A stretch of 63,115 bases of DNA, filler included, from Reclinomonas americana ATCC 50394 (lineage: Eukaryota): the NCBI GenBank assembly GCA_048213135.1. It is 5 parts of 2 records of this genome, joined end to end, with 100 filler letters (N's around TTAATTAATTAA, not from the genome) between each part and the next. Parts side by side here need not be neighbours in the genome. Positions count along the whole stretch, not along the records: positions 50,222 to 63,115 come from PS015175.1; 4 more parts are not named here. One strand, given 5' to 3'. The position numbers and the translations under genes were made by a program. Within the stretch, counting starts at the first letter, position 1. Every line of letters starts with the position of its first letter. Of the stretch, positions 62,713 to 63,115 are shown piece after piece. Below the pieces are notes generated by a model. That model saw only the letters and a program-made list of their open reading frames with translations, was not told the origin of the DNA and searched no databases.

Positions 62713-63115
62713 TGTTGAAGGAGAAGGGGAGGGAAGGGGTGAGAGAGGGGAAGGAGAAGGCGAAGGTCAGGAACCTGGAGAAACGGCAAGGAAAGGAGAG
62801 AAACAACAAGGGAGAGAAGAGAGATAGGAAATGGAAGAGAGAAAGGAAACGGGAGGGAAGCAGTGAAAGGAGAGAAACAACAAGGCAAGAAGAGAAATGG
62901 CAAGGCAAGGAGAGAAGCAACCAGAGAGCGAAGAGAGAATGGAAAGGAAACGGGAGAGAAGCAGCGCAAGGAGAGAAAGAGGGAAGCAGAGAAACAGGGA
63001 AAGAACAGAGAGACAAGATAAGGAGAGTTGAACAGAAAGGAGAAAAGGAAGAAATGAAAAGAGATACAAGACAAATGGAGAGCAAAAGGGAAGCGGAGAA
63101 CAGGAGCTGCAAGAG

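Overview
Draft-assembly window from a GC-rich, gene-dense, intron-rich unicellular eukaryote (amoebozoan-like by intron style; taxon not provable). It joins at least five scaffolds via N-TTAATTAATTAA-N linkers and has many internal N gaps, some flanking inverted pieces. Hand splicing gives about 25 genes: CNG-type channel, PTPA, TIPRL, ankyrin/F-box-like protein, CKAP2-like, CDK5RAP3, SURNod19-like, SRP19, FSIP1-like, ROK fructokinase, a two-domain glycosyltransferase, a very large F-box/LRR gene, CHX/KHA1 antiporter, a temptin-FN3-ferric reductase fusion, GH47 mannosidase, Nudix hydrolase, TFB5, MsrA, UCHL5, SUEL lectin, an EGF/beta-solenoid protein and hypotheticals. The most striking signal is in splicing. 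About 30 of roughly 130 introns traced by hand use a donor with one extra T (mostly GTTGCG, versus usual GTGCGT/GTGAGT), and 27 of those 30 lack the usual exon-terminal G. This fits a large class of 5' splice sites read in a +1-shifted register. All assignments are motif recognition by eye; no searches were run.
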